From contig JWZX01003143.1 of assembly GCA_001275005.1 (NCBI GenBank), positions 1 to 64,000 on the forward strand: a stretch of DNA of 64,000 nt, read 5' to 3'. Source of the DNA: Chrysochromulina tobinii. Taxonomy: Eukaryota. The notes under the pieces were generated by a model that searched no databases, was not told the origin of the DNA, and worked only from the letters and a program-made list of their open reading frames with translations. Position numbers and translations under genes: made by a program. Within the stretch, counting starts at the first letter, position 1, and every line of letters starts with the position of its first letter. Shown here one piece after another: positions 10,895-20,478 of this stretch.

Positions 10895-11842
10895 ATGCGG
10901 GGAGCGTCCGTCATGGTGCCGAGCGCGCTCCGCCGCCTTCCAGCGCGACCGCTGCTGCGCCGAGCCTTATCCGCGCTCACGCGCGTCGATCCTGCCGCGG
11001 TGCTGACTGACGCCGACGTCGAGCGCTTCTCCAAGGATGGCGCGATTGTGCTCCGCGGCGTCTTCCAGCCGTGGGTGGAGCACCTACGCGCAGGAGCGGA
11101 GCTAAACCTGGCGAATCCTGGCCCGTTGTGTGACGAGCACGCGGCAGCACAAGGCACCAGCGGGCGCTTCCACGACGACCAATTCTTGTGGCGGCGGCAT
11201 GAGCTGTTCAAGGAGTTTGTGCTCCATTCGGGTGCGGGCGCGCTGGCTGCCAAAGCGATGGGCTCGCAGACAGCGCACATCTTTTACGACCAGCTATTCG
11301 TCAAGGAGCCCGGCACGCCGTCGCCGACGCCCTGGCACAACGACACCTCGTACTGGCACACGCGGGGCTCGCAGATCTGCTCGATCTGGATCGCGCTCGA
11401 CCCGGTGCCTCGAGAGCGAGGCCTCTCCTACGTCAAGGGCTCGCACCGCTGGGGCCTGGTGCACCGGATCACGAACTTCTCGGGCGGCGACCACTCGGGC
11501 AAGAACACCTACTCGGACGTGGACCCAGCGCAGCTCCCTCCAGTGCCTGACGTGGATGCGGGCGTCGCCTCCGGCGCGTACGAGCTGCTCGGTTGGGACA
11601 TGCAACCCGGGGACCTGCTTCTCTTCTACAGCGCGATGATGCATGGCGCGCCCGGCAACCCGCCCAACTCACCGCACCGGCGGCGCGGCTACGCGACGCG
11701 CTGGTGCGGCGACGACGTCACCTTCGACAACCGGCCCGGGACGATGCACACCGGCTGGAAACGGGCTGGCTTTGACAACGGCCTCGCAGCGGGCGCACCC
11801 ATAGCATGCGAGCTGCACCCGAACTGTGCGGCGACCGCCTGA
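10895..11842 (+). CDS. Phytanoyl-CoA dioxygenase (PhyH)-family 2OG/Fe(II) dioxygenase, likely mitochondrion-targeted
   Basis: FSKDGAIVLRGVF, TPWHND (HxD), IWIALDPV, VKGSHRW, MQPGD...MMHGAPGN, RRRGYATRW; Arg-rich presequence (SALRRLPARPLLRRALS). Start approximate. Confidence 0.85.
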   Translation: MRGASVMVPSALRRLPARPLLRRALSALTRVDPAAVLTDADVERFSKDGAIVLRGVFQPWVEHLRAGAELNLANPGPLCDEHAAAQGTSGRFHDDQFLWRRHELFKEFVLHSGAGALAAKAMGSQTAHIFYDQLFVKEPGTPSPTPWHNDTSYWHTRGSQICSIWIALDPVPRERGLSYVKGSHRWGLVHRITNFSGGDHSGKNTYSDVDPAQLPPVPDVDAGVASGAYELLGWDMQPGDLLLFYSAMMHGAPGNPPNSPHRRRGYATRWCGDDVTFDNRPGTMHTGWKRAGFDNGLAAGAPIACELHPNCAATA

Positions 11843-12123
11843 CGGAGGCCCACACGCGCTGTGCGGCAACCGCGTCACGGAGGCCCACACCTGGGGGGGT
11901 TCGTGCCGCGCATCGGGAATCTTCAGCGACCTCGGCCAGAGAAGTTGTAGAGCAGTGCCAAGCAGCGGCTGCGGTCCGCAGCCGCAAACCAGCAACGGAT
12001 CGAGATGCAACTAAGCGGCACAGCGACGTTGTACAACTCCTTTTTATCTTTTTATCTAGTCCATTGAGCTCGTCCTTTTCGGGCAAGTTTTGAGGCGGGA
12101 CCTGAGACTCCCTCGGCGAATTC

Positions 12124-14262
12124 ATGCCGACCGTCCTGGTCACCGGCATTGCTGGGCGCATCGGCCGTGGAGTCGCATCGTCGCTCCGCACACTAGGGCA
12201 CCGCATCGTCGGGGTCGACGTCACTGGCGACGCGAGCCTCGTGGGGCCCGTGTGCGACGCCTTCGTGCAATGTGACCTTGTGGCCGCCGCGGAGCCTGGG
12301 CCTGCAGCGGACGCCTTGCGTCGGGCAGCGACAGGCGTCAGTTGCGTGGTGCACTGCGCCGCATGGCCCGGCCCATCGGCCACGCCTCCACCCGCCGTTG
12401 AGGCAACCGGTAGTGCGATGAAGCGGCCGGCGATCGGCTACGAGTCAGCAACACCCTCCGTGCTCTTGAGGGACAATGTCGCGTCGACCGCGGCAACGTG
12501 CGACGCCGCGATTGCAGCTGGCGCTTCGCGCTTCGTCTTCTCCAGCTCCGCCTTTGCCATGGGCTACAGCCACGCCGCGATCGGCCCTCACGCATGGTGC
12601 CCTCGCTACCTGCCTGTCGACGAGCTGCACGGCGCAATGCCAATGGAGACGTATGGTCTGTCAAAGTTGCTGGGTGAGGAGGTGCTCGAGTCGGCGGCGC
12701 GCACCGCCACGAGCACGAGCTTCGTCTCGCTGCGCTTCACGAACATCGTCAAGCGCGAGCGCTGGTCGTCGCTGCCATGGCCGGCACCATCTGCCGCGGA
12801 GCCCTTGCCTTTGATTCTTTGGGCGTACACCCACGAGGATGACGTGATCGAGGCGCACGTGGCGGCGGTCACGCGGCCGGAGGCGGCCCGACCGGGCTCA
12901 CACGAAGCGTACCTGCTCGCCGCGCCGGACACGCGCTTCGTCGAGCCCACGCTGGATCTGCTCAAGACGGCGCTTGGCGTGTCGGGCCTGCCGCTGCGCT
13001 CGCCCATGGCGGGCAACGCGTCGGTCTTATGCGCCGACAAGGCCCGCGAGCGGCTCGGCGTGGCGTTCCGCTCGTGGAGACAGCCGGCGTCCGAAGAGGT
13101 GCCCGCGGCGGCGCCATCGACGGCCGCGAGCGCGCTGCGGGGCTCCCCGGCGGCCTTGCATGCATGTGCTCACCATGGCGCCCAATCCCCACAGCTGCGG
13201 GGCTCCCCGGCGGCCCGACGAGCGCTCGCGGACCCGAGGGTTCGTCACTTTGACCTGAGTGGCTTTGAGCTCGGCTGTGGGAGATTGCTACCCGTCGGTG
13301 CGAGCCTCGCGTACAAGGTGCACGGCCCGCCGATTGGGCAGGGCGCGGGCATCGTGCTGCACCCCACCTCCTTCGACGCCGTGCACAATGAGCTCGAGTA
13401 CCAGATCGGTCCGGGCCAGACGCTCGACACGGCGCGCTTCACGGTCATCGTGCCCAACCTGCTAGGCAACGGTGTCTCGTACTCACCCTCCCTCATCGAC
13501 CCAGCTGCGGGCCTGCCTCCGCTCTTCTCGGTGCGTGACAATGTGCGCGCCCAGAGAGCGCTCCTCGAGCACCTGGGCGTCGGCTGCTCGAAGGAGGCGC
13601 CTCTCGACCTCGTGTACGGCTACTCGATGGGCGCGCTCCAGGCCTATGAATGGGCCGTCGCGTGGCCCGAGAGCGTGAGGCGCATCGCGGCCGTGTGCGG
13701 CGCCGCGCGCTGTGGCGAGCTCAATCGCGTCTTCTTGGGCTCGATTGAGGCCGCACTCAAGGCCGATGCCGCCTGGGACGCCGCAGCGGGTCGTTTCACG
13801 AGGCCGCCTACGCGCGGGCTTGCGGCCTTTGGAAGCATCTACGCGGGCTGGGGTGTCGGCTCGAGTTGGTACACTGAGGCTGAGTACGCGCGCGCGGGTT
13901 TTGCGTCGGCAGAGGACTTTGTGGAGCGCTCGTACCTGCCCGCCTTTGCCAACTGCGATGCCGACGACTTACTCTCACAGATCCGCACATGGCGCGATGC
14001 TGACGTGGCGGTGCACACCGGAGGCGACCTGCGCGCGGCGCTCGGGCGCGTGCGCGCACGCGTGCTGCTCATGCCGTGCGATCAAGATCGCTATTTCACG
14101 CTGGGCGAGGCCGAGCGCGAAGCAGCCTTGCTCGGCGATCGGTGCGTGTTCCGTCCCATCGTCTCAGCTGCCGGCCATCGCGCGGGAGATCCGCACCGAC
14201 CGGAGCTCGGTGCAGAAGCCACCTGGATCCGGCGGCACGTGTACGAGCTGCTCGCCGAGTAG
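12124..14262 (+). CDS. Fusion of an NAD-dependent epimerase/dehydratase (extended SDR) and a homoserine-O-acetyltransferase-like alpha/beta hydrolase
   Basis: N-terminal VLVTGIAGRIG Rossmann motif, SSS and YGLSK (YxxxK). C-terminal LGNGVSYSPS, GYSMG nucleophile elbow, DQDRYF Asp and GHRAG His. Single 712-aa ORF. Confidence 0.8.
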   Translation: MPTVLVTGIAGRIGRGVASSLRTLGHRIVGVDVTGDASLVGPVCDAFVQCDLVAAAEPGPAADALRRAATGVSCVVHCAAWPGPSATPPPAVEATGSAMKRPAIGYESATPSVLLRDNVASTAATCDAAIAAGASRFVFSSSAFAMGYSHAAIGPHAWCPRYLPVDELHGAMPMETYGLSKLLGEEVLESAARTATSTSFVSLRFTNIVKRERWSSLPWPAPSAAEPLPLILWAYTHEDDVIEAHVAAVTRPEAARPGSHEAYLLAAPDTRFVEPTLDLLKTALGVSGLPLRSPMAGNASVLCADKARERLGVAFRSWRQPASEEVPAAAPSTAASALRGSPAALHACAHHGAQSPQLRGSPAARRALADPRVRHFDLSGFELGCGRLLPVGASLAYKVHGPPIGQGAGIVLHPTSFDAVHNELEYQIGPGQTLDTARFTVIVPNLLGNGVSYSPSLIDPAAGLPPLFSVRDNVRAQRALLEHLGVGCSKEAPLDLVYGYSMGALQAYEWAVAWPESVRRIAAVCGAARCGELNRVFLGSIEAALKADAAWDAAAGRFTRPPTRGLAAFGSIYAGWGVGSSWYTEAEYARAGFASAEDFVERSYLPAFANCDADDLLSQIRTWRDADVAVHTGGDLRAALGRVRARVLLMPCDQDRYFTLGEAEREAALLGDRCVFRPIVSAAGHRAGDPHRPELGAEATWIRRHVYELLAE

Positions 14263-14998
14263 GGACACTCCTCATTCCACCGCTTTCGCCGTGGCCGCGT
14301 GGCGTACTTGTGCGTGCGGTGCCTGGAGGGCACGCGATCGGCGGGGTGCGCACTCGACGTTCATTTATCATTGTCCCCATGGGACATGCATTTACGGGAT
14401 GGTGGCCCCGAGCTGGTGGCGGCGGGAAGCGGTCTCCGAACGGAATTCGTCACTTGTTGCGATCGCCCTCGGGCCGTCGTAGCGGAAGTGGAAGGGACGG
14501 GGACGGGGCCCAGCCCCCGGTCCTTGCGTTTGTATCCGATCCGGCGACCGCGGTGCCGGCGATAGCCGATACGACACGATCGCGGATCGGTATCGGATAA
14601 ACGAAACGCGACGTTCGCTCGGCTTTTCGTTTACGTTTTCTTTTTTTCAAAATATGTACGGCCAAATACGGCATACCGCTTACCGGCGCCCGACCGGGTC
14701 TGACCGGACTATCATAGTATCCACTATCCACTCTATAGGTAACGGAAACTTTGTTAGGAACCTGTACAAGCTACGCTACCTCGAATTGTTGTCAAAAACA
14801 TCTCCATTCTCGCTTCGAACATGTGGTGCTTAGGGAGATGTGTCCACCGAATTATGTGTCCAAGTGGAGATGGAGATGGCAGATGCGATCAGCACACCAC
14901 CGCGACGCCGACGGAGCAACGCGCCGCGGTTTCAAGTCTGTACTTCTACTCCTACTCGGCATCGTCAAGACCGGTGGCGTGGGCGCGAAACGGAGCAA

Positions 14999-15820
14999 CT
15001 ATAAACGTGGCCACGTTTGAGTGGGCCCTCTTGTAGAGAGCCACAGCTGCCTCAAAAGGGAACGGAAGCCAAGTGCCGTCATGATCACTCCAGAGACGGC
15101 AATCGGGTGCCGAAAATTGAGTCTTGAGATTGCTAGTGCCCAACTCATGCAAAGCCACTTGCCGAGAAGACCACCAAAACCGCCGTATGTGATGCTCATA
15201 GAGTTGTTATACACGAGCAGCATCGCTACGATCGACAGAAGGAGCCACATTGCACCGTCGGCAAGCTCTTTAGACTCTCGGAGCGACACGCGAGCCCTGA
15301 GGGCCTGAGCTGCTGCAAAAGAAAGGAGACCTGACATGAAGGAGGCGCGCACACTCACGTATTCGAACTCGAACCCGGGGCCGCGCAGGAGCGCAACCAG
15401 AGAGCAAGCCATGGTTGTCGACGGCGGCCGCATCTGAAGGCGCATAATGGCGTGTGTGGAGACAAAGATGCAGAGCGTCTCCACACCAAAAGCGATCAGA
15501 TTCAGCATTAGGTATGCATTGCGCAGAGCCATCATCGAACGCGATTTCTTGATGTCATCCTCCACGCGGGTCAATACAGACGCGTCATTGATAGCGGCGG
15601 CGGCCACCAGAGCTGCTGGGGTCCGCATAGCGTTGAAAAAGGCAATCCCTTCAACCTTGAAACATTTGGCAACTTCGCAAACAAGATCTGATGCAGCAGG
15701 TATGGCTGCACGGCACCTTCGAGAAGCCACATAGCGCGTCGTTGGTGAGGCCTGGAGCGCATGTGCGGTGCCAAGCGAGAGGCTTAGAAACACGCCGATC
15801 ATTATTTGCAATCCTTGCAT
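14999..15820 (-). CDS. Hypothetical multi-pass membrane protein, possibly plastid-targeted
   Basis: Signal-like N-terminus (MIGVFLSLSLGTAHALQASP) followed by an Arg-rich segment and several hydrophobic helices. The upstream part of the ORF call (to 16045) looks non-coding. Confidence 0.55.
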   Translation of the reverse strand: MQGLQIMIGVFLSLSLGTAHALQASPTTRYVASRRCRAAIPAASDLVCEVAKCFKVEGIAFFNAMRTPAALVAAAAINDASVLTRVEDDIKKSRSMMALRNAYLMLNLIAFGVETLCIFVSTHAIMRLQMRPPSTTMACSLVALLRGPGFEFEYVSVRASFMSGLLSFAAAQALRARVSLRESKELADGAMWLLLSIVAMLLVYNNSMSITYGGFGGLLGKWLCMSWALAISRLNFRHPIAVSGVIMTALGFRSLLRQLWLSTRGPTQTWPRL

Positions 15821-15897
15821 TTCGTCATTCCACGGGGGGATGAGGGGAGAACCCTGAGGCAAGCAATCTTGAAATGTTTGATAGAAGAGGTGCTGTA

Positions 15898-15977
15898 TAC
15901 GGTAAAAAGACACCGGGGGGAGCCGGGACACACACGGGATACGGTATACGGTACAATAGTACGGTAAAAAGACACCG
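15898..15977. repeat. 18-bp direct repeat tacggtaaaaagacaccg x2 in intergenic DNA
   Basis: Copies at about 15898 and 15960. Confidence 0.6.
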
Positions 15978-16393
15978 TGGTTCACGTTCACGTTAAGTTG
16001 CCATCTCGGCAAGACGCACGACCACCGGTCTGAGGGTCTGTACAATTGTACTTCTCTTCAAACGGGGCTCACGGACGCGCACTCGATCGCCACGAGAGCA
16101 ATTTTTTGTTGGAGCCTCAAGCGTGTGGACTGCGAAAAAGAGCAGGGTCCTCTTGAAGAGTCAAGAGAGTCACCATCTTCGAGCGGTCCAAAAGGAGCGG
16201 TCACCAACGCGCACGGTCCGCGAACACGACACCACGCCTCTGTGCGGTGCGCGCGCCGCGCCGCTCGGCCATTTCTATACGATCACATGTTAACAGCACG
16301 CAAAACGGCCGCGCAGCGTTGACGAAATGACGTCGCGCCAGGACCTCTGCTCGACCCCTCTCGCGAGCAGTGCGCGGCCGCGTCACTTACGCG

Positions 16394-17782
16394 TCACACA
16401 TCGAAGTACGCCTCAATCTCCCAGGGCGAGAGGTGGCGCGCATACTCGTCCCAGTGCGCGCGGCGCAGCTTGAGGTAGCTATCCACGAAGGCGTCGGTCA
16501 GGCCGGAGCGCAGCGCCTGGGAGCTGTCGAGGGCGTCAAGCGCAGCCTTCAGGTTGCTCGGCAGCGGCGGGGCGGCCTTGATGGCGGCGGCGGCGACCGG
16601 ATCAGAAGGGTCGTACATGTTGCGGTCCGTCGGTAGCGGCGGCACACTCCGCGCGCGCAGCCCATCGAGGCCGGCCGCACCGATGGCGGCGGCCATCAGA
16701 TACGGGTTGGCGCTCATGTCGGCGAGCCGGAGCTCCATGCGACGCTGATCGTCCGGTACGCGGATGAGCGCAGTGCGGTTGTTGCCCGCCCAGGTGGCAG
16801 CCGTGGGTGACCACGTCGCGCCCGATGACGTCATGCGCGCGCCCAGCCGCTTGTATGAATTCACAGTGGGATTCGTCAGCGCCGTCATGGCCGGCGCATG
16901 GTTCAGAAGGCCGGCTGTGAATGAGAGCGCACGGGGTGAGAGCCCATGCATCTCCGGCGCACCGCCCTTGCACAGGTTCTTGCCCGTGCCCGGCTCGTGC
17001 AGCGAGATGTGCGCGTGGCAGCCCGAGCCCGTGAGCGACGCGAACGGTTTGGGCATGAACGTGGCGCGAAAGCCCGCGCGCTCCGCAAGGGTGCGAACCA
17101 TGTACTTGAAGAGGACCACGCGATCAGCTGTCACGAGGGCGTCATTGTAGTCCCAGTTGACCTCGAACTGGCCATTGGCGTCCTCGTGGTCCGCCTGGTA
17201 CGGGCCCCAGCCCATCGCCTCCATGTGCGTCACCAGCGTCGAGATGAGCTCGTAGCGCCGCATGAGCGCCTGAGCGTCGTAGCACGGCTTCGCCTGCACG
17301 TCGAGCGGATCGGAGACGGCCCGGCCGCTGCCATCAAGGATGAAGAACTCGCACTCGACGCCCGTCTTGAGCGTGACCCCTTCCTCGGCTAGCTTGGCCA
17401 GCACGCCGCGCAGCACGTTGCGAGGGCCGTGCGGCAACTCCTTGCCAAAGAGCACGAGGTCGCACGAGAGCCAGCCCACCTCGGGCTGCCAAGGCAGCGG
17501 CGTGAGCGTGGCCGGGTCCGGGATGGCGAGCAGATCACCCATGGTCGGGTCCATGTCGAGGTGCGACGCAAAACCCGCGAAGCCCGCGCCGCCCGTGGCA
17601 ATCTCTTCAACTCGGGACGCCGGCACGAGCTTGCTCCGCTGCACGCCGAAGAGGTCCACGTAGGAGAACTGGTAGAACTTGAGGCCATAGCCTCTGCCCT
17701 GCGCGGAAATGGCCGCGGCATTGGACGCAGCGGTGCACAACCGACGTGCGGGCAACGCGGAAGAGCGGAGGCCGCGAAGCAT
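16394..17782 (-). CDS. gmaS: Glutamate--methylamine ligase / gamma-glutamylmethylamide synthetase-like (GlnT type), with mitochondrial-type presequence
   Basis: VDLFGVQRSKLVPA, GAGFAGFA, GVECEFF, KPCYDAQALMRRY, GWGPYQADHEDANGQFEVNW, ATFMPKPF, GSGCHAH, NSYKRLGARMTSSGATWSP, GNNRT, RMELRLAD. N-terminus MLRGLRSSALPARRLCTAAS. No introns. Confidence 0.85.
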   Translation of the reverse strand: MLRGLRSSALPARRLCTAASNAAAISAQGRGYGLKFYQFSYVDLFGVQRSKLVPASRVEEIATGGAGFAGFASHLDMDPTMGDLLAIPDPATLTPLPWQPEVGWLSCDLVLFGKELPHGPRNVLRGVLAKLAEEGVTLKTGVECEFFILDGSGRAVSDPLDVQAKPCYDAQALMRRYELISTLVTHMEAMGWGPYQADHEDANGQFEVNWDYNDALVTADRVVLFKYMVRTLAERAGFRATFMPKPFASLTGSGCHAHISLHEPGTGKNLCKGGAPEMHGLSPRALSFTAGLLNHAPAMTALTNPTVNSYKRLGARMTSSGATWSPTAATWAGNNRTALIRVPDDQRRMELRLADMSANPYLMAAAIGAAGLDGLRARSVPPLPTDRNMYDPSDPVAAAAIKAAPPLPSNLKAALDALDSSQALRSGLTDAFVDSYLKLRRAHWDEYARHLSPWEIEAYFDV

Positions 17783-17915
17783 CGGCAAAAACGGATCCTA
17801 TCGGCCTCTCTCATGAGAATTATCCGAGCACAAAGGTTTCAAAACATGCCCGCTTTGGGATTTGTTCACACGCTTTTTGTGGAAATGTCAGGTCACTTGA
17901 GTCGTGTGAGCGTCC

Positions 17916-19249
17916 ATGACGTGCTTCTTCGTGCAGCGCGGCGGAACGCTGCCCGACAAGCAGAGCGTGAGTGTGGAAGGCACGCTGACGAAGCGTGGCG
18001 GCAGTACTGGGCAGCGCGGCGGCCTTGGCAACTGGCGCGCTCGGCATTGCGTCCTTTCCGGCCACGTCCTTTACTACTTGGACACCGCAAGGTCGACCCA
18101 GCCCAACGGCCATCTGCACCTACAAGGTGTGGGCGTGCGGCAAGCCGACGACGAGGTGGATCGGCCCCTCACTCTGTGCGTATTTTGGCCCGAGGATCCC
18201 CAGGCCACCTTTTATCTGCAGGCGCACAACGCCGCTGCACGTGATGACTGGCTCGAAAAGCTGCGCGCCGCTTCAGCCGTGACGCTCGAGTCGCTCGCGG
18301 AGCTTGGCATGGTGGAGCTCAAGCAACGTGTGGTCGCTTGTGGCCTCGTGAATCCGAGCGATTTCACGCGCGAGCGGCAACAGCTGCAGCAGCTCTTCCT
18401 CACCCACGTAGCAAGCCGACCCGCTGACTACCACAACACGATCGCGACCGGCCTGGCGAAGACGGTGCTCTCCCGCTCGATGGCCAAGTCGTCGCTCCTA
18501 TCCACCGCGCTCGGCATGGTGCGTGGCGCGGTCAGCCTCAATAAGACCCGCTTCCAGCAGGATGGTTTCGACCTTGACCTCACGTACATCACGCCGCGGC
18601 TCATTGCGATGGCGTACCCGTCGGCTGGGCTGGAAGGGTACTACCGCAACGATGTCGAGCAGGTTCAGCGATTCTTCGGCACGTACCATCCGGGGGTACC
18701 ACTACCGGGTCTTCAACCTGTGTGAAGAGCGCGTGTACCCGCCGATCACTCTCGGAGGGGAGATGCACGCAGATTGCGTGCTCCACTGGCCGTTTGATGA
18801 CCATAACCCGCCGGTGCTCGATATGATCCATCCGCTGTGTGTGACAATGAAAGAGTGGCTCGACCGGCATCCGGACAACGTCGCCGCCGTCCACTGCAAG
18901 GCAGGCAAGGGGCGCACCGGCCTGATCGTTGCATGCGTCCTGATCCATCAGGGCATCGCCACGAGTGCGAGGGAGGCGATTGAATTGTTTGGCGCCAGGC
19001 GCACACACGACGGTGAGGGCGTTACGATCCCAAGCCAGCAGCGGTACGTGCGCTACTTTTGCGAGCGGTATGGCGGCGGCGGCAGAGGCTGCGCCGACAG
19101 CGGCGAACTCGATGGGCGCCGTAACGGGCATGTCCATTCCACAGAGGCCGAGGGGACAACGGCGCTCGATATGGCGCTCGGCAAGAGCACGCAGCCGCAG
19201 CCGTCGTCGTTGCCGCCAGAGGAGGTGCCGCAGCCATCGTCATCGTCGT

Positions 19250-19313
<64 letters not shown>

Positions 19314-20136
19314 CGCTGCCCTCTCCCTCTCATCACATTCACAGTACAGCAATGACGGAGACGAGGCGGGCGCGTGGCCGTGTAAGCTGCTCCGATCGCT
19401 CGGATTTCGATGGGATGCCATCGAGCAGCCCCGGCTTCGGGTGACGAAACTCATCATGAGGGGCTGCCCGCACTCGAAGCACCGCGAGCTCGGAGCGTGC
19501 CATCCGTACCTTGTCGTATGTCACTCGAGCCTAGTGCCCCGCGAGCTCTTTGGGTCCACGGAGGCCGCCAAGGCTGCCAACGGCCGTATCCTCGGGTGTA
19601 CGTGTACGACGCAGAAGCACGTGATCTTCGAATCCTCGACATGGCACGCTAAGCCGGCGCGCGTCGAGTACGGACACGAAGTGGCTCTCGTGAGCGGCTC
19701 CGAGACACCCTACCTCGTCATCGCAGCCGACACCAAGTTCACCATCTACGACAAGCCATCCACGCCACTCCACAAAAAGGTGGTCATCGGCCACTTTTGG
19801 GTACACACGGCGTTCCTCGCCGCTCAATGCGGCGAGGACGGCTCCGGGGACGGCTCCGGAGGCGTGCTCACGCTCAAGAGGGAGGAGGTGGACCATGCTT
19901 GCAAGAAGAAGTACAGCGAGAGGTACCCCCCGACTTTTGAGCTCGAGCTCCACTTTGAGCGCTTCGGCGACGAGGCGTTCGCGCTGGGGTGCGAGCAGTT
20001 TGGGCCGGTGGAGCCGGATGAGGACACGGACGACGAAGACGACGCCCTCGACGAGGAGGACTTGCGCCCCGAGATGGTGGAGGCTCAGGCTGGGGAAGGC
20101 AGCAGCGTGCGCAAGGTTCGGCAACTCTTTACATGA
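17916..20136 (+). CDS. PH domain + PTEN-like phosphoinositide phosphatase + C2 domain; +1 frameshift at about 18692-18699
   Basis: ORF1 has a PH domain (EGTLTKRGG..NWRARHCVL..RDDWLEKL) and VSLNKTRFQQDGFDLDLTYITPRLIAMAYPS. ORF2 continues YRVFNLCEER, WPFDDHNPP, HCKAGKGRTG, GVTIPSQQRYV and a C2-like region (HFWVHTAF). Confidence 0.85.
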
Positions 20137-20478
20137 ACCAGATTATGAAATTGAAAAAGAAATCTCTCAACATGCTCTCCCCGGCGGGGCTTCACACATT
20201 TGCCCATCTGACCGGACGTGGGTGATCACACATCACTGAGCGCCCTCCCAAGGGCGCCCTCCGCGCTCCGCCCGCCCGATGAGTCATGTACTATGTCGTT
20301 TTTCTTGTTTGTATTGTAAAGTGGAATGTAGAAACACTCGATCGATTACTATAGAATCATCCTGGTGAAATGCATGCGGCCAAACCCAGATTTGTGAACC
20401 AACCCTGATTTGGCATTGGACTCTCTGCGAAGAGGTCGTCCCTGGGTGACGCACGGCATAAGCGCCCTTGGGGCACTC

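Noticed and set aside
11824..11890. 32-bp imperfect duplication spanning the PhyH stop codon
   Set aside because: Simple local tandem duplication with no filler or coding consequence.
14400..14740. Possible transposon remnant with short palindromes between the SDR fusion and the membrane-protein gene
   Set aside because: I could not define TIRs or a TSD.
16394..17782. Ordinary glutamine synthetase (glnA/GSII) or bacterial contamination
   Set aside because: Motifs match the GlnT/GmaS subfamily. The gene has a eukaryotic-type presequence, host-like codon usage and eukaryotic neighbours.
18692..18699. Programmed ribosomal frameshifting in PTEN (and at 57024-57030)
   Set aside because: Both shifts are a single extra base in G homopolymers with no evident stimulatory structure; sequencing error is more parsimonious.
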